The notes under the pieces: generated by a model
What the model was told of the DNA's origin: nothing
The model's database searches: none
The model's input: only the letters and a program-made list of their open reading frames with translations
Shown here: piece after piece, positions 48,136 through 59,503 of the stretch
Numbering within the stretch: the first letter of the stretch is position 1
How the letters are laid out: each line of letters begins with the position of its first letter
Translations under genes and position numbers: made by a program
DNA from: Cyanophora paradoxa CCMP329
Taxonomy: Eukaryota; Plantae; Glaucophyta
Direction of reading: 5' to 3'
DNA length: 64,000 nt
Assembly: GCA_004431415.1 (NCBI GenBank)
Contig: QPMI01000162.1
Location: 1 to 64,000 of the forward strand

Positions 48136-48718
48136 AGTGGCGCGGCCGCGCTGGCGCACGTTGGATAGCAAATGCGCGCCCGCTTCACTTTTGATCGCGC
48201 CTGGTGTCACTGATCAATTGACTTGGTGAACGCTTGCACGTGTAGACTCACTGTAGAGACGCCGGGCCGTCCCGGACTCGCGATCGGGATGCTTGCGCAT
48301 GCGTGCGCATATGCATATGCATGCAGGGCCCGGGGCCCGCGCGCGTCCGTCCCGGGTGTCAACGTTAACGTTAACGTTACGTATACGACGTGCACGTGCT
48401 CGCGCGCGATCCGATGATCGTGCGCGCCGGCGCGCGCGCGCCGGATAGATGCGCGCGAGCGCCGCATCGATATCTCGATCTATCTCGATATCTCTCTATC
48501 TGCATCAGATCTAGACTGCATATGCATGCGCCTCATATTGCAAAGCGCGCCCGCGGCCCCGCCGGCGCCGCCGCCCAGCGCCTGGCCGCGCATGCCGCGG
48601 TCCTAGATCTGCATAAGACCGCGGCTGATCGCGCACGCCGCGGCGCGTAAGAGCTCAGCGGCTCGAGCTCGGCCGCGGCGAGCATACGTATACGCATGCG
48701 CATACGAGCTTATATATT

Positions 48719-50055
48719 GCCCTCGTCAGGCCCTTGCGCACTCGAGCTCGTCTCTCTCTGCGCCGCCCATGACCCCCGTGTCATCTGATCCGGCGCCACC
48801 TGACCTTTCTCCTGCTTCGCTGCCCTCTCTTCGGCGCCGGCAGCGATCCCCGTCACCTGTTCGCGGCCCTTCCCCTGCCTCCGGATCCGACCCTTCCTCG
48901 GCTCCCTCCTCGCCTCTTCCGTCTCGTAGGCCTCCGCCGCGTTCCCGTCGGCGGATCTCTCGATCGACCCTGGACTCTCCGCCTGCCACTGTCTGCGGGG
49001 TACCTCCGCCACCGTGTTCGGCGCCGGCTGTCAGTACTTTGCTCGGTAGCTCCCCCGTCGTGGCTCCTCGGGGCCTCTTCGTCGTCGTCGTTCGCTGGGT
49101 TCCGGCTCCGGGTCAGATTTCTCGCCGGGCTTACCTTCTAGATCTCCTGGCTCTGCTCCTGGGCCCTCAGCTCCGGACCGGCTTCCCCGATCTCCTCCCG
49201 GACTCGTGGTCGTACCCGTCGCCGGCTTGCCGTGCCTGCGTCTCCTTCTACTTCCCTCCGGCGGTTTGCCGGGCCGGACCCTCCGGCCTTTGTTCTTGAT
49301 ACCGGACCGCCGCCTTTGCCTTCGTCTTCTGCTTCGCTGGTCGTATCCCGCCGGCGCCGGCGTACTTCGTCTTATAGTTTAGTTCGGTCTAGTTCGGATT
49401 CTGATCGTAGTGCTGATGCTAGAGTTAGTTTCAATACTAGCTATAGTCCTCGTGCTCGACCTGTTGTTCGCCGTCGTTTGCAGTTCGACTGCCCGCCTCG
49501 ACCCCGGCCGGCTTTAGTGATTCCTTTGACTGTCCTTTTGCCTGCTCTTGATCCGCCTGCTCCGCCTCCTGTGTCCTCCTCGACCTCGTGCCGTAGCTCT
49601 GCCCTTTCGCGTCGTCCTGCTTCGCCTCCGCCTCCGCGTCGTCTTGTTGTTCCTCTTACTTGTCTGCTTCCTGTTATTTATCTTTCTCAAATTTGTCCTC
49701 CGCTTCTTAGTGATGTAATTCCTTCCGATATTGATGGTATCTCTAGCTCTGGCTCTTCTTCGTGTCAGTCATCCTCTGTCCCTAGATCTGCTCGATTTCT
49801 CGTCTCTTCTCGATCTGTCTCGAGCTCCGTGTCTTTTCTTTTTTATTGTCGATTTTGGCTCTTTATCTTATCTTTTTTTTTTTTGAGAGACTACGGTGGG
49901 GCGAACCCCCCGTAGGTAGTGATATTAAAGACAACAAAGCAATCTTTCTTCGTGCTCTTGTCTTAGTTATTTTGCTTTTTTGTCTTTATGCCCCCTGGGC
50001 AGCCCCCGCAGTGCTGGTGTCTAGAGACTGTGGCCGGTAATTTACCAAAAAAAAA
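48719..50055 (+). mobile_element. Second, more truncated copy of the L1-like LINE (3' region only)
   Basis: Reverse-complement match to ~17250-18550. Ends in CTAGAGACTGTGGCCGGTAATTTACC plus an A-run. Confidence 0.92.
49876..49940 (-). mobile_element. ~65-bp poly(A)-tailed retro-insertion inside the LINE copy
   Basis: Absent from the first LINE copy. Flanked by a duplicated ATCTTT, with a T-run and the hairpin CTACGGTGGGG-CGAA-CCCCCCGTAG. Confidence 0.7.
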
Positions 50056-50063
50056 TATTTTTA

Positions 50064-50236
50064 GGATTGGCCGCTGCAGCGGCCAAAACTTGCCCCCCCT
50101 TCGGGGGATACGGTCGACTTGCGGGAAAAAAGGATTGGCCGCTGCAGCGGCCAAAACTTGCCCCCCCTTCGGGGGATACGGTCGACTTGCGGGAAAAAAG
50201 GATTGGCCGCTGCAGCGGCCAAAACTTGCCCCCCCC
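50064..50236. repeat. 68-bp tandem repeat (~2.5 copies) containing a 20-bp perfect palindrome
   Basis: TTGGCCGCTGCAGCGGCCAA in units starting at 50065, 50133 and 50201. Confidence 0.92.
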
Positions 50237-51994
50237 CGCCCCCCGGAGGGTACGGTGTACTGGCGGCAGCACCAAGAGCCGACATCGACGTCGACAGCTG
50301 CTCCGCTGCACCCGTGCGTCTCGCGTATCAGCAGCAAGTGTAGCTAAGCAACTTCGGTCCAGCAGCGCCGCTGAGTCCTCAAAGCCTAGAGCCTCCGAGA
50401 GTTGGTCGAAGCCCGCGGCTCGACGGGCCGCCGCGTTCGAACGCACCGGGAGCTTCTCCGAAGCGATGTTCTTGGGCTCGAGGGGCGGGCCACGAAGCTT
50501 CCCCGACGGCGTGATCCTCGTCGAGCTTCTCGAGGTCGGATCCGGGCAGGCCGCCCACAGCCGCGCGTGCCGCGCCGCTCCTTTACTCAGCGATCCGATC
50601 GCAGGCGAAAGATACGCGCGGCGCGGCTGTCACGGCGCAGTGCCTGCTGGCGGATTTGCCGCCGCAGCCGCTCGTCCAGAAGGGCCCGGCGGTTGGCTTC
50701 CCCATCTCCGGCGATGCCGCACGCAACAGGCCGCCTACGGTCATCGTCGGCGTGCGCACGCGCCCTGCCTCGTCGGAGGCCGCGGGCCTGGCGCCTTCGC
50801 CACGCCTGCAGCTGCGGGGCAGCTGCGGGGCCTAGAACCGCTCCATCGCATTCCTATCATGCGCACGGGCGCGCTTCCTCAGGTCGCTGACTCTCCGCGC
50901 GCGCTTGCTCAGGTCGCGGGTTACCCCAACGTGCGCGTCCCGCACCCGCCCGCCCGCCCCGCGCCCTCGCCTCCCTCCCTCCCGACGCCGACCGGCACAG
51001 GTGGGGTACGACCTCACGAACGTGATGGATCCCCCGCACACGGCGCCCCCCCCCCCCTCCCCCCCCCTACCCCTTCTCTCTTCCTGATCGCATGCACGTG
51101 ATCCCCGCAGGCTGAGACGGCGCTTCCGGTCGTCAGCCGCTCGAAGGGTCTCTCGAGTATCCTCTACGTCCGATTCTCCTTCTCCCCCGCAGGCGGCTGG
51201 CCCCCGGGCTCGGCCCCCGGCCGCCGGCCCCCGTCCCCGCCCCTGTACCCCGTGGGGGGCCCCATGGAGGATCCCGGGCCTGCGCAGTACACCCTCCTAC
51301 CCCGCGGCAACTCGCCCCCTCCCTCCCCCCGCACCCACCTCGGCCGCTCCGCCGCGGCGGGGCCCCGGCTCGGCACCGGTACCCCCGCCGCCCCCAGCCC
51401 CCCCTCCTTCGCCTCCTCGGTCTTCGCCTGCGTACCCGTCTGCGGAGCGTGGTTCTTCGGCGGGGACGGCGTAGGGCCCCTCCCGCGCCGGGACGCGAAG
51501 CTGAAGCCGGGGACCTGCGGCTCGTTTCTGGACACCTGCGCCCCGGGGACGGGGCTGGGCCCCGCGGCCGACCGCCTGACGCGCATGTAGCCCTCCCTTC
51601 TTTCCCCCCCCCCCGGCCCCATTTGATTCACGCCCCCCGTCTTTTCTGCTCCCGCCGCGCATGTGTTTTTGAGAAGATACGTGATCTTTCGATCGATATC
51701 CGATCGCGAGCTGGCGCAGCGGGAGCTTGGGGGCTCGAGAGGGCGAAAACATTAATATTACGAGACGTTTGAGTTCTCTGCGCAATGATTATCTAATCTA
51801 GACCTTATCTTGAGGTGAATCTATGGGTAGTAAAGTAGATTTACTGAGGTTAGCGAGCCGGCTGTTCGATCGCGAACCCCGATTTCGCAGTCTAAACTTC
51901 AAGTCCCGAATTTGATTCAAGTAGTCAACTTGTACTAGCGTACCCATACACGTTTTCGCACGCAAGCGCGGCGCTCGAGCCGCCTCAATTTGAG

Positions 51995-52832
51995 CCGGCC
52001 CCCCGGGCCCCGCGGCGGGCGCCGCCGGCGCCGTCTCTCGCGCTGAGCTCGCGGGTCGACCCCGCCCTTCTGGAGGTGCCGCTGCCGCCTCCCCGCGCCC
52101 TCGCCCCGCCGCCCCCGGGCCCCGCGGCGGGCGCCGCCGGCGCCGTCTCTCGCGCTGAGCTCGCGGGTCGACCCCGCCCTTCTGGAGGTGCCGCTGCCGC
52201 CTCCCCGCGCCCTCGCCCCGCCGGCCCCCGGGCCCCGCGGCGGGCGCCGCCGGCGCCGTCTCTCGCGCTGAGCTCGCGGGTCGACCCCGCCCTTCTGGAG
52301 GTGCCGCTGCCGCCTCCCCGCGCCCTCGCCCGCCGGCCCCCGGGCCCCGCGGCGGGCGCCGCCGGCGCCGTCTCTCGCGCTGAGCTCGCGGGTCGACCCG
52401 CCCTTCTGGAGGTGCCGCTGCCGCCTCCCCGCGCCCTCGCCCCGTCGGCCCCCGGGCCCCGCGGCGGGCGCCGCCGGCGCGTTTCTCGCGCTGAGCTTGC
52501 GGGTCGACCCCGCCTTCTGGAGGTGCCGCTGCCGCCTCCCGCGCCCCGCCCTGCCGGCCCCCGGCCCCGCGCGGGCGCCGCCGGCGCCGTCTCTCGCGCT
52601 GAGCTCGCGGTCGACCCCGCCCTTCTGGAGGTGCCGCTGCCGCCTCCCGCGCCATCGCCCGCCGGCCCCCGGCCCGCGGCAGGCGCCGCCGGCGCCGTCT
52701 CTCGCGCCGAGCTCGCGGGTCGACCCCGCCCTTCTGGAGGTGCCGCTGCCGCCTCCCCGCGCCCTCGCCCCGCCGGCCCCCGGGCCCCGCGGCGGGCGCC
52801 GCCAGCGCCGTTTCTCGCGCGGAGCTCGCGGG
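51995..52832. repeat. ~112-bp GC-rich tandem repeat, ~7.5 copies, directly upstream of the DIRS/Ngaro RT
   Basis: GTCGACCC...CTTCTGGAGGTGCCGCTGCCGCCTCCC anchors at 52055, 52167, 52280, 52392, 52503, 52610 and 52719. Confidence 0.95.
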
Positions 52833-52899
52833 CAGCGTGTCGGGCCTTCCGGACGCCGGGCCGCGCCTCCTTGCCGGGGCAGGGCGCCGCCGCCGCCGC

Positions 52900-53624
52900 C
52901 GCCCTTCTCCATTGAGGTCCCGGACTTCGATGTCGACGAGCTCCTCCCAGGCGTCCCACCCGCCTCGCCCCACGCCCGTGCGGGCCGATCGCATCGCCGC
53001 AGCCTGGAGGGCCACCCCGATCCCTCCCTTGCCGCCCGCCTCGCACACGGGTTCGCCCACGGCTTCCCGCTACAGTACCGCGGCCCTTGCTTCTCTGCAA
53101 TTTCCCGCCCCGAGCCCTCTGCCCTTGAGCACATCGACGTAGTGCGGCAGGACGTCGAGAAGGAGATCGCCATGGGGCGGGTCGCCGGCCCGTTCCCGTC
53201 TCCTCCCCTTGCCCCCTTCGTTGCGTCCCCGGTCGGCGCCATTCCGAAGAAGCGTTCGACCAAGTGGCGCCGAATTCACAACCTTTCGTACCCCAAGCAT
53301 CGCGGCCCGTCAGTCAACAGCGGCATCGACCCTGACGAGCTACAATACCAGAATACGAAGGTCAGCATGCGCAGAGCGATTGAGCTTCTGATTCAGCTCG
53401 GCTGCGGCGCCGAGATGGCTAAGGCGGATATCGAGTCTGCTTTTCGCCTGCTGGCGGTACGGCGGAAGGACTGGTGGCTCCTCGGCTTCGCCCTCCCCTC
53501 CCGCTCCAATCCCACCATCCTCGAATTTTTCATCGACCTCTGCCTCCCCTTCGGTGCCCGCTCCTCCCCTCGCATTTTCGAGGACCTTGGCCAGGCCCTC
53601 GATTTTGCCCTCCGCCGCCGTGGG
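52900..53624 (+). mobile_element. DIRS-group (Ngaro-like) retrotransposon RT fragment, cut off by a Gypsy insertion
   Basis: GHPD...HGF, EIAMGRVAGPF, PVGAIPKK, RRIHNLSYP, SVNSGI, KADIESAFR, LPFGARSSPRIF. The frame ends at the LTR, before YxDD. Confidence 0.88.
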
Positions 53625-53880
53625 TGTCGGATGGGAAGAAGCCCACCCGGTACGCCCTGCGCGGTCTAGCGCAGGCGGTGGTGATAGCAGGAAGCACAAG
53701 TGGTCTATTCACAAGTGTACCCGTACAGGGACGGCGTACCCCTCAGATGGGGCCGCGCCCGGCGCTAAGTCACAACACAGAGAGCACTACAAGCTAGAAG
53801 CTTACTAGCGCTAGACTAAGGCTAGAGGCTAACCATAGACTACCAGCTAGCCTAGTCCGAGGGCATCGCGGCATGCGACA
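53625..53880 (-). repeat. 3' LTR (256 bp)
   Basis: TGTCGGATG...CATGCGACA terminal inverted repeat. The adjacent minus-strand purine-rich tract AGAGTGAGGAGT (53881-53892) is the PPT. Confidence 0.85.
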
Positions 53881-54654
53881 ACTCCTCACTCTGCATACGA
53901 TGCGTCCGCGCATCGGACCGCGCCAAGCTCGTCAGCACGCGCAGCGGGTCTCCCAAATCGCGGCGGCGACGGAGCAGGAGCTCCACTCGAGGAAGATAGG
54001 TCATCACCAGCAACCAGCAGCACCAGGTCGACGAAGTCGGGTAGATAATAAGGGTAGAGGTAGCAGGATCCGATACCGGAAATGCATGTACCTAGGCAAC
54101 CCTGGCAAAGCTCGAAAAGTGCTGAAAAGCATAGACTCGAAACCCGTGGGCTGGCCCAAAACTCGCTCCGTACGGCGAGCACCGCAGGAGAGGGGCACGG
54201 ATGGGAAGTTTCACCGCCTCGGAAGAAAACGCGAGGAGGTATCCGGGCCACCATCAGGCCAACGAAAGAGCGGGGCACGATAGAGTGAGCCGCCGACTAC
54301 ACGCCTTTCTGGGGCCGTGCACCAACGAAGCCCCACTCTACCACTCCTCTGAGCTCTAGGGCCCGCACTCCAGAAAAGGGAACGAAAGTCTTCATGGAGC
54401 CAGCACGCCACCGACCCACGCTTGGCCCGACAAGACAGCGCAAGTGTGATCGGCCGACGTCTCCAAGAGAGGACAAGGCTGAGGCAAAGCTGGCAAAGAA
54501 ATCTGCCCTCAAGCATCTTCCACCAAGACCACATCTTCGGAGTCGCCCGAGGCCATCTGCTCCAGATCCTCGGCGCCGACGTCAGGACAGAGTTTGAGTC
54601 TTGATTTGGTTGAGAAGAACTTGCTGATCCATCCACGGGTCCTCGGAATTCACT

Positions 54655-55599
54655 TTACGCGGCCGGCCCAAGCGGGACGAGCTTGCGACTCAGAGAGGCG
54701 CGGCCGGAAAGGAAGCATGCAGTCGATGTGGCGACCGTCTCGCGGAGAGGTCGAACCCGCGTGTCGCTCATGGTCGAATAGGGTTTAGCCGATCCCTTCA
54801 CGGTGTAGGTGTAACCGCCCGGGTTAACGCCAGTAACCGTGTAAGGTCCGACCCATGAATTGTACAACCCCTTGTCATGGTCGCCCATCCAGCACAACAC
54901 CTTGTCGCCGACCTGGAAGCGACGGCGATGCGGAGGATCACCCGTGCGAGCTACCATGCGATTCCGATAGAACCGCCGGTATTCGCGCGAGGCGGCATCG
55001 ACGCTGGCCGCTGCCCTTGTCATGGCGAGGAGGTAGTCGGCTGGATGCGTATGGTCGGGACTCGCGAAGCGGACACCTGCACCGAAGCGCACTTCACAAG
55101 GAAGGTGCACGTCAACGCCACGGTGTAAAACCATCGGTGAGAAACCGGTGGCGGAGTGCACGGTGGTCCGCAAAGCGAGGACGATGTCCGCGTTGTACAA
55201 GGGCCAATCGGAAAGAGGCCGCTTGTGCTCGCGACACATCGCGTAGGCGAGAGTTTTGTAAACGCCGCCGAGGCGCTCGGCGCCGCCGTTGGTGGCGTGG
55301 TGATAAGCGGCAGCGTGCACAAAGCGCGTGCCCTTCTCTTTGAAGAACTCGTTCCACAGGCCCCCAACCAATTGAGAGCCGCGGTCCGTGAGAATGCGCG
55401 CAGGCACGCCCTCATGCATATAGAAATCGATCGCGGTGGCGAGCAAGGCCTCGCCCGAGACGCGGGCCAGTGGATAGATGTAGCAGAACTTGGTATACGC
55501 GTCGACGTACGCGATGATGTACCGCAATCCGTCTTCGTGCATATCCAAGTGGAAGATATCCACCTGCCACAGATCGCCTCGGCCCGAAGGCTGTATCAC
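54655..55599 (-). CDS. Gypsy integrase core and GPY/F module (frameshifted from the upstream HHCC)
   Basis: WQVDIF, VDAYTKF, ILTDRGSQL, YHHATNGGAER, TGFSP, WVGPYTV. Confidence 0.92.
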   Translation of the reverse strand: MIQPSGRGDLWQVDIFHLDMHEDGLRYIIAYVDAYTKFCYIYPLARVSGEALLATAIDFYMHEGVPARILTDRGSQLVGGLWNEFFKEKGTRFVHAAAYHHATNGGAERLGGVYKTLAYAMCREHKRPLSDWPLYNADIVLALRTTVHSATGFSPMVLHRGVDVHLPCEVRFGAGVRFASPDHTHPADYLLAMTRAAASVDAASREYRRFYRNRMVARTGDPPHRRRFQVGDKVLCWMGDHDKGLYNSWVGPYTVTGVNPGGYTYTVKGSAKPYSTMSDTRVRPLRETVATSTACFLSGRASLSRKLVPLGPAA

Positions 55600-55621
55600 T
55601 TGAATAGCGGTACGGCGGGCT

Positions 55622-58600
55622 TTACTGCCTTCGCGAACTGGCAGTGGGGCACGATCGCACGAAGCGAGCGATCGAGGCGTACATGCCTGGCCACCAGAAT
55701 CGTTGGGAAATCCGACGCGCGATCACGGGGGCGCCACGGTGGGCCCAGCCCTCATGATAGGCGTACAGAACTCGATCGATCCAGGCGTCCGGCAGCACTG
55801 GTAAGAATCGGCCGGCAGGCACCAGCGGGTTACGTTCGATGACGCCATCTTCGGCGAGGCTGAAGTCGGCGGCCAATCGCACGAAACGCTCCTGGGCCCG
55901 CAAGCAATGTGCGCAGGAAGGGGAGCAAGGGTCCGCCCCTCGCTTGTCGCCACGCGAGCACCGAGTCGGGTTCTCACCCTTCTCAAAGTAACCCAAGAGC
56001 TTCTTGCAGAAAGAGTCTTCCCTTTGGGCGGCAAGCAGGCGCTCTCGTCTCTCGAGCGGGAACATGCGACGCAGCGAGCCGGGGAGGGCACCATCGATCG
56101 CCGACGAAGGCCCACAGGCCCAGGCGTCAAGGACCGTGTCCACGAAGACCGGCTTGCACGGCGGGCGTACTTCGCGACCTCTGGGGTCGAGCTCGATCCA
56201 CCGTCGCGGAGCGAGAGTCTCTGCGGCGACTACCTCGGGGCCCGGAGCCCGAGGAGCTGGCGACGGCTCGCCCCCACGGCGGCGCGGCGGCTTCGGAGGA
56301 TCGGGCATGGTAGGCTGCACTCGCATCTGGTTCCGCGCCGTCTCAGGAGAGAGCGAGCGGCGGCGAGAGGGTCCTGGAGGCGGCTCGCTCTCGGAGGGCT
56401 CAGGCTCCCAATCCAAGTGGATTGGCACCGGCGCCTCGCTCTGATCAGCTGGGGAACGCCAGTGGCGGGTATTGTGCTCGTTTCGCGGCTGACGTCTCAT
56501 GGCTGGACCGCGGGGAAGGACACCGGAGGGGTGCACGGGACGAGGCTCGGCGAAGCCCCGGCGGTCCCATCGGCGCGGGCCTGTCTCGGCGCGCGGCGGC
56601 AGTTTGCCCAGGAGAGCCAACGGGAATCCGTCGGCGTCGCACTCAGCGTCCGGTTCAGCCTCAGGCGAGACTTCCGACTCTGAATCAGCCGCCGCGGCCT
56701 CGGCGTGTGCACTCTCGAGCAATGCCGGCGGCGCGCCGTCCTCATTGTCGGCGGGGGCGTCCGGCATGTCCACGTCGGAATCCGAGCCGGCCCCAGGGCC
56801 AGTAGCGGGGCGACGGTCTCGCTTCGCAGGCGGCGGGGACGGCGACTCGGGTGCACGAGGCGCGAAGCGCTCGGGTACGGCCCTCGCCCTCTTCCTTGAC
56901 TCGTCGTCGCTGGCGGTAGCGGACGCCTTGGCCTCGGCATAGCCCGCAGAGGCGGCGAGCTTAGCAAGCTCGCGGGGCCCTCGGCGGCGGCTGGCCGGCG
57001 CGGGTGCAGGCTCGGGGGGCCGCGACTCCTCCTCTGCATTAGAGGAGCGGCCCACCGGTTCCGCAGGTACGGCTGCTGGGCTCGGCTCGTCGACAGGCGG
57101 GCGGCCACGCCGGCGGCCCGAACGATCGAGGCCCGCAGGCACCGCGCCCTGGAAGCCGGCGGAGTCGGCGAGCTTCCGCAGGGCTCGCTCTGTCGGGCCC
57201 AACTGCACGCGGAAGATGCCGAGGGGTACGTCGGGGTCCTCGGGCTCGGCGCCCACGGCCTGCTGGGGAACGCCAAAGCCCTCGGCTCCCTTGTAGGCCG
57301 CAGGCGTCGAGGAAGAGCCATCGGCGCCGCCGGGCTGCCAGACGGGGTGGTCCTTATAATTAGGGAGGCGCGAACACGCGTCAGGGCCGCCGTTCTGTTT
57401 GCCCGGGCGATAGACAATATCAAAATCGTAAGCCTGCAGGAGCAGGGACCAGCGGCCTAGCCGACCCGTCGTCGGATCGAGGCTTTTCAACCACTGGAGG
57501 GCGTGGTGGTCGGTTCGGACCAGGAACTGGGGCCCGCCTAGCAGATAGTGGCGCCAATACTTGATGGCCCACACGACGGCGAGACACTCGAGTTCCGTGG
57601 CCGAGTAGTTCATCTCAGCCGGCAGCAAAGTGCGGCTGATAAAGGCAAGGGGGCGCTCGACGCCGTCCTTGTCCGTCTGGCTCAGAATCGCGCCGATTGC
57701 GTACGTACTGGCGTCCGTCTGGAGTATGAAGGGCTTCGAGAAATCCGGGAACCGCAATATGATATCGCGACCCAGCAGTTCTTTCAGCTCCTTAAAGGCA
57801 CGGTCGGCGGCACCGCCCTCAGGCCAACTCCAGACGGCGTCCTTCAATAGAAGGCGCTGCATAGCGTAAACCACTTTGGAGAAGTTCTCAACAAAGCGGC
57901 GGTAGTAACCGGCGAGGCCCAGGAACGAGCGGAGCTCGTCCGCGTTCTTAGGCGTCTGCCAGTCCGAGATCACCTTGGTCTTCGCGGGGTCCTGCCGGAT
58001 CCCCTCGGCGGAGATGCGGTGGCCTAGAAGGTCGATTTCTGGCACGCAGAAGCGGCACTTCGACGGCTTCAGGCGCAAGTTCGCCTTGGAGATCGTTTCG
58101 AAAAGCGCCTTCAAGTCCAAGAGGTGCTGATCGATCGACGGCGAGAACACCGTGATGTCATCAATGTAGGCCACGACACAGGTCGTCAGGAGAGGGCCCA
58201 AGATCGCGGTGATCGCACGAGAGAAGGCCGCAGGGCCATTGGTCACCCCGAACGGGGTCACGCGCCACTGGAAGTGACCCCAGGGGACGACGAATGCAGT
58301 GTACGCGCGCGAGCCGGGGTGGAGAGGGAGCTGCCAGAAGCCGGCGGTAGCATCCGCCGTCGAGAAGACCATCGAGCCGCGCAGGCGCTCGAGCTGGTCG
58401 TCGATGCGGGGCAGCGGGAATACGTCGCGCTCCGTGATCTGATTCAGCCTTCTGTAATCTACGCAGAAGCGCCAGGTGCCGTCCTTCTTCGGAGCGAGCA
58501 CCACTGGCGATCCGTACGCAGCTTGCGAGGGCTCGATCAGACCCAGCTCGAGGAGCTTCTGAATTTCTTTGCGAGCGTGCTCTTCAGCGTGGGGGTTCAT

Positions 58601-59503
58601 GCGCCGTGGAGGCGTGAACACAGGGAGGCGGCTCGTGAGCCGGATCACATGCTCGTAATAGAGCAGGTTGCTAGTGCCTTCCTTCGCTTCAACTTTGTCT
58701 GCAAAGACGTCTTTGTAGCGCCGAAGCAGCGCGTGGAGTTCGGCTTTCTGTTCCGTCGTGATTGACGGGTGAGAGCCTAGCTCAGGAATTTTCTTCAACA
58801 GCTCTTGCCACTCCTCCTCTGCATTAGGCACCGTCCCCGGTGCCGCGTCCGTCGATTTCTCGGGGGCGGGTGCGGGGCGATCGGCGAGGGAGGCAGTGAC
58901 GACCGAGGGCGGGGGCCGGGCCGGGGGTGTCGGCGGCGGCGCAGCAGCGGGTGACGGCGCGGCGTCAGGTGAGGCCTTGCGGACTGTCATCACATCATGT
59001 AACGAGCGGACGGCGCGCAGGATGTCGGCTTCCCCAGCCTCTGTGAGCTTGGGGAAGGTCCCGCGCAGCGTTGCGCCCGCGGGCACGGCCACGGCTTCGA
59101 CCGCGTCGGCAAATTCGGTTGCCGGCGGGCCCGAGATCGGTACTGTTGTCGGAGATGCGCTTCCCTGGGACGCGCCGTCGAGGGCAGAGGCGTCGTCGAA
59201 ACTAATAAGGCTCATAGCGTCCGTCTCTTGCCACGGCCGGTCATAGACATCGAACGGCATTGCGCCGAACGCGACAACGAGATCATCGGCGTCGTAGAGC
59301 GGCGCGCGGGTCGGGCCCGGAGGGCCAGGCACAGGTAGAGCAGCGGTGGCTGCCCGTGCTTCTTCAGCTGCAGTTACTACGGCGCGCAGCGAGGTGATGA
59401 TCTTTTCGACATCTTTGGCAGGCTCGTAAGCCGCCCCAAGCATGCGCGCTTTTCTATTGAAGTGGCGAAGTCCCGTGCGGCGTTTAGCCGGCACAATTCG
59501 CAT
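55622..59503 (-). CDS. Gypsy pol: reverse transcriptase, RNase H, long low-complexity linker, integrase HHCC
   Basis: KKDGTWRFCVDYRRLN, PFGVTNGPAAF, YIDD, LQTDAS, ELECLAVVWA, TDHHAL, YHEGWAH...FWWPGM...C. Confidence 0.95.
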   Translation of the reverse strand: MRIVPAKRRTGLRHFNRKARMLGAAYEPAKDVEKIITSLRAVVTAAEEARAATAALPVPGPPGPTRAPLYDADDLVVAFGAMPFDVYDRPWQETDAMSLISFDDASALDGASQGSASPTTVPISGPPATEFADAVEAVAVPAGATLRGTFPKLTEAGEADILRAVRSLHDVMTVRKASPDAAPSPAAAPPPTPPARPPPSVVTASLADRPAPAPEKSTDAAPGTVPNAEEEWQELLKKIPELGSHPSITTEQKAELHALLRRYKDVFADKVEAKEGTSNLLYYEHVIRLTSRLPVFTPPRRMNPHAEEHARKEIQKLLELGLIEPSQAAYGSPVVLAPKKDGTWRFCVDYRRLNQITERDVFPLPRIDDQLERLRGSMVFSTADATAGFWQLPLHPGSRAYTAFVVPWGHFQWRVTPFGVTNGPAAFSRAITAILGPLLTTCVVAYIDDITVFSPSIDQHLLDLKALFETISKANLRLKPSKCRFCVPEIDLLGHRISAEGIRQDPAKTKVISDWQTPKNADELRSFLGLAGYYRRFVENFSKVVYAMQRLLLKDAVWSWPEGGAADRAFKELKELLGRDIILRFPDFSKPFILQTDASTYAIGAILSQTDKDGVERPLAFISRTLLPAEMNYSATELECLAVVWAIKYWRHYLLGGPQFLVRTDHHALQWLKSLDPTTGRLGRWSLLLQAYDFDIVYRPGKQNGGPDACSRLPNYKDHPVWQPGGADGSSSTPAAYKGAEGFGVPQQAVGAEPEDPDVPLGIFRVQLGPTERALRKLADSAGFQGAVPAGLDRSGRRRGRPPVDEPSPAAVPAEPVGRSSNAEEESRPPEPAPAPASRRRGPRELAKLAASAGYAEAKASATASDDESRKRARAVPERFAPRAPESPSPPPAKRDRRPATGPGAGSDSDVDMPDAPADNEDGAPPALLESAHAEAAAADSESEVSPEAEPDAECDADGFPLALLGKLPPRAETGPRRWDRRGFAEPRPVHPSGVLPRGPAMRRQPRNEHNTRHWRSPADQSEAPVPIHLDWEPEPSESEPPPGPSRRRSLSPETARNQMRVQPTMPDPPKPPRRRGGEPSPAPRAPGPEVVAAETLAPRRWIELDPRGREVRPPCKPVFVDTVLDAWACGPSSAIDGALPGSLRRMFPLERRERLLAAQREDSFCKKLLGYFEKGENPTRCSRGDKRGADPCSPSCAHCLRAQERFVRLAADFSLAEDGVIERNPLVPAGRFLPVLPDAWIDRVLYAYHEGWAHRGAPVIARRISQRFWWPGMYASIARFVRSCPTASSRRQ

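Noticed and set aside
50600-51600. Gene with a SHIPPO-like PGPAQY motif
   Set aside because: Only one motif and no coherent exon chain could be built, although intron-like tracts are present.
9969-53624. The YR gene and the DIRS/Ngaro RT as parts of one retroelement
   Set aside because: They are about 38 kb apart, on opposite strands and separated by host genes. The YR gene also has introns and a non-DIRS architecture.
53893-54655. Chromodomain or env ORF after the Gypsy integrase
   Set aside because: No recognisable motif in the frames I could read.
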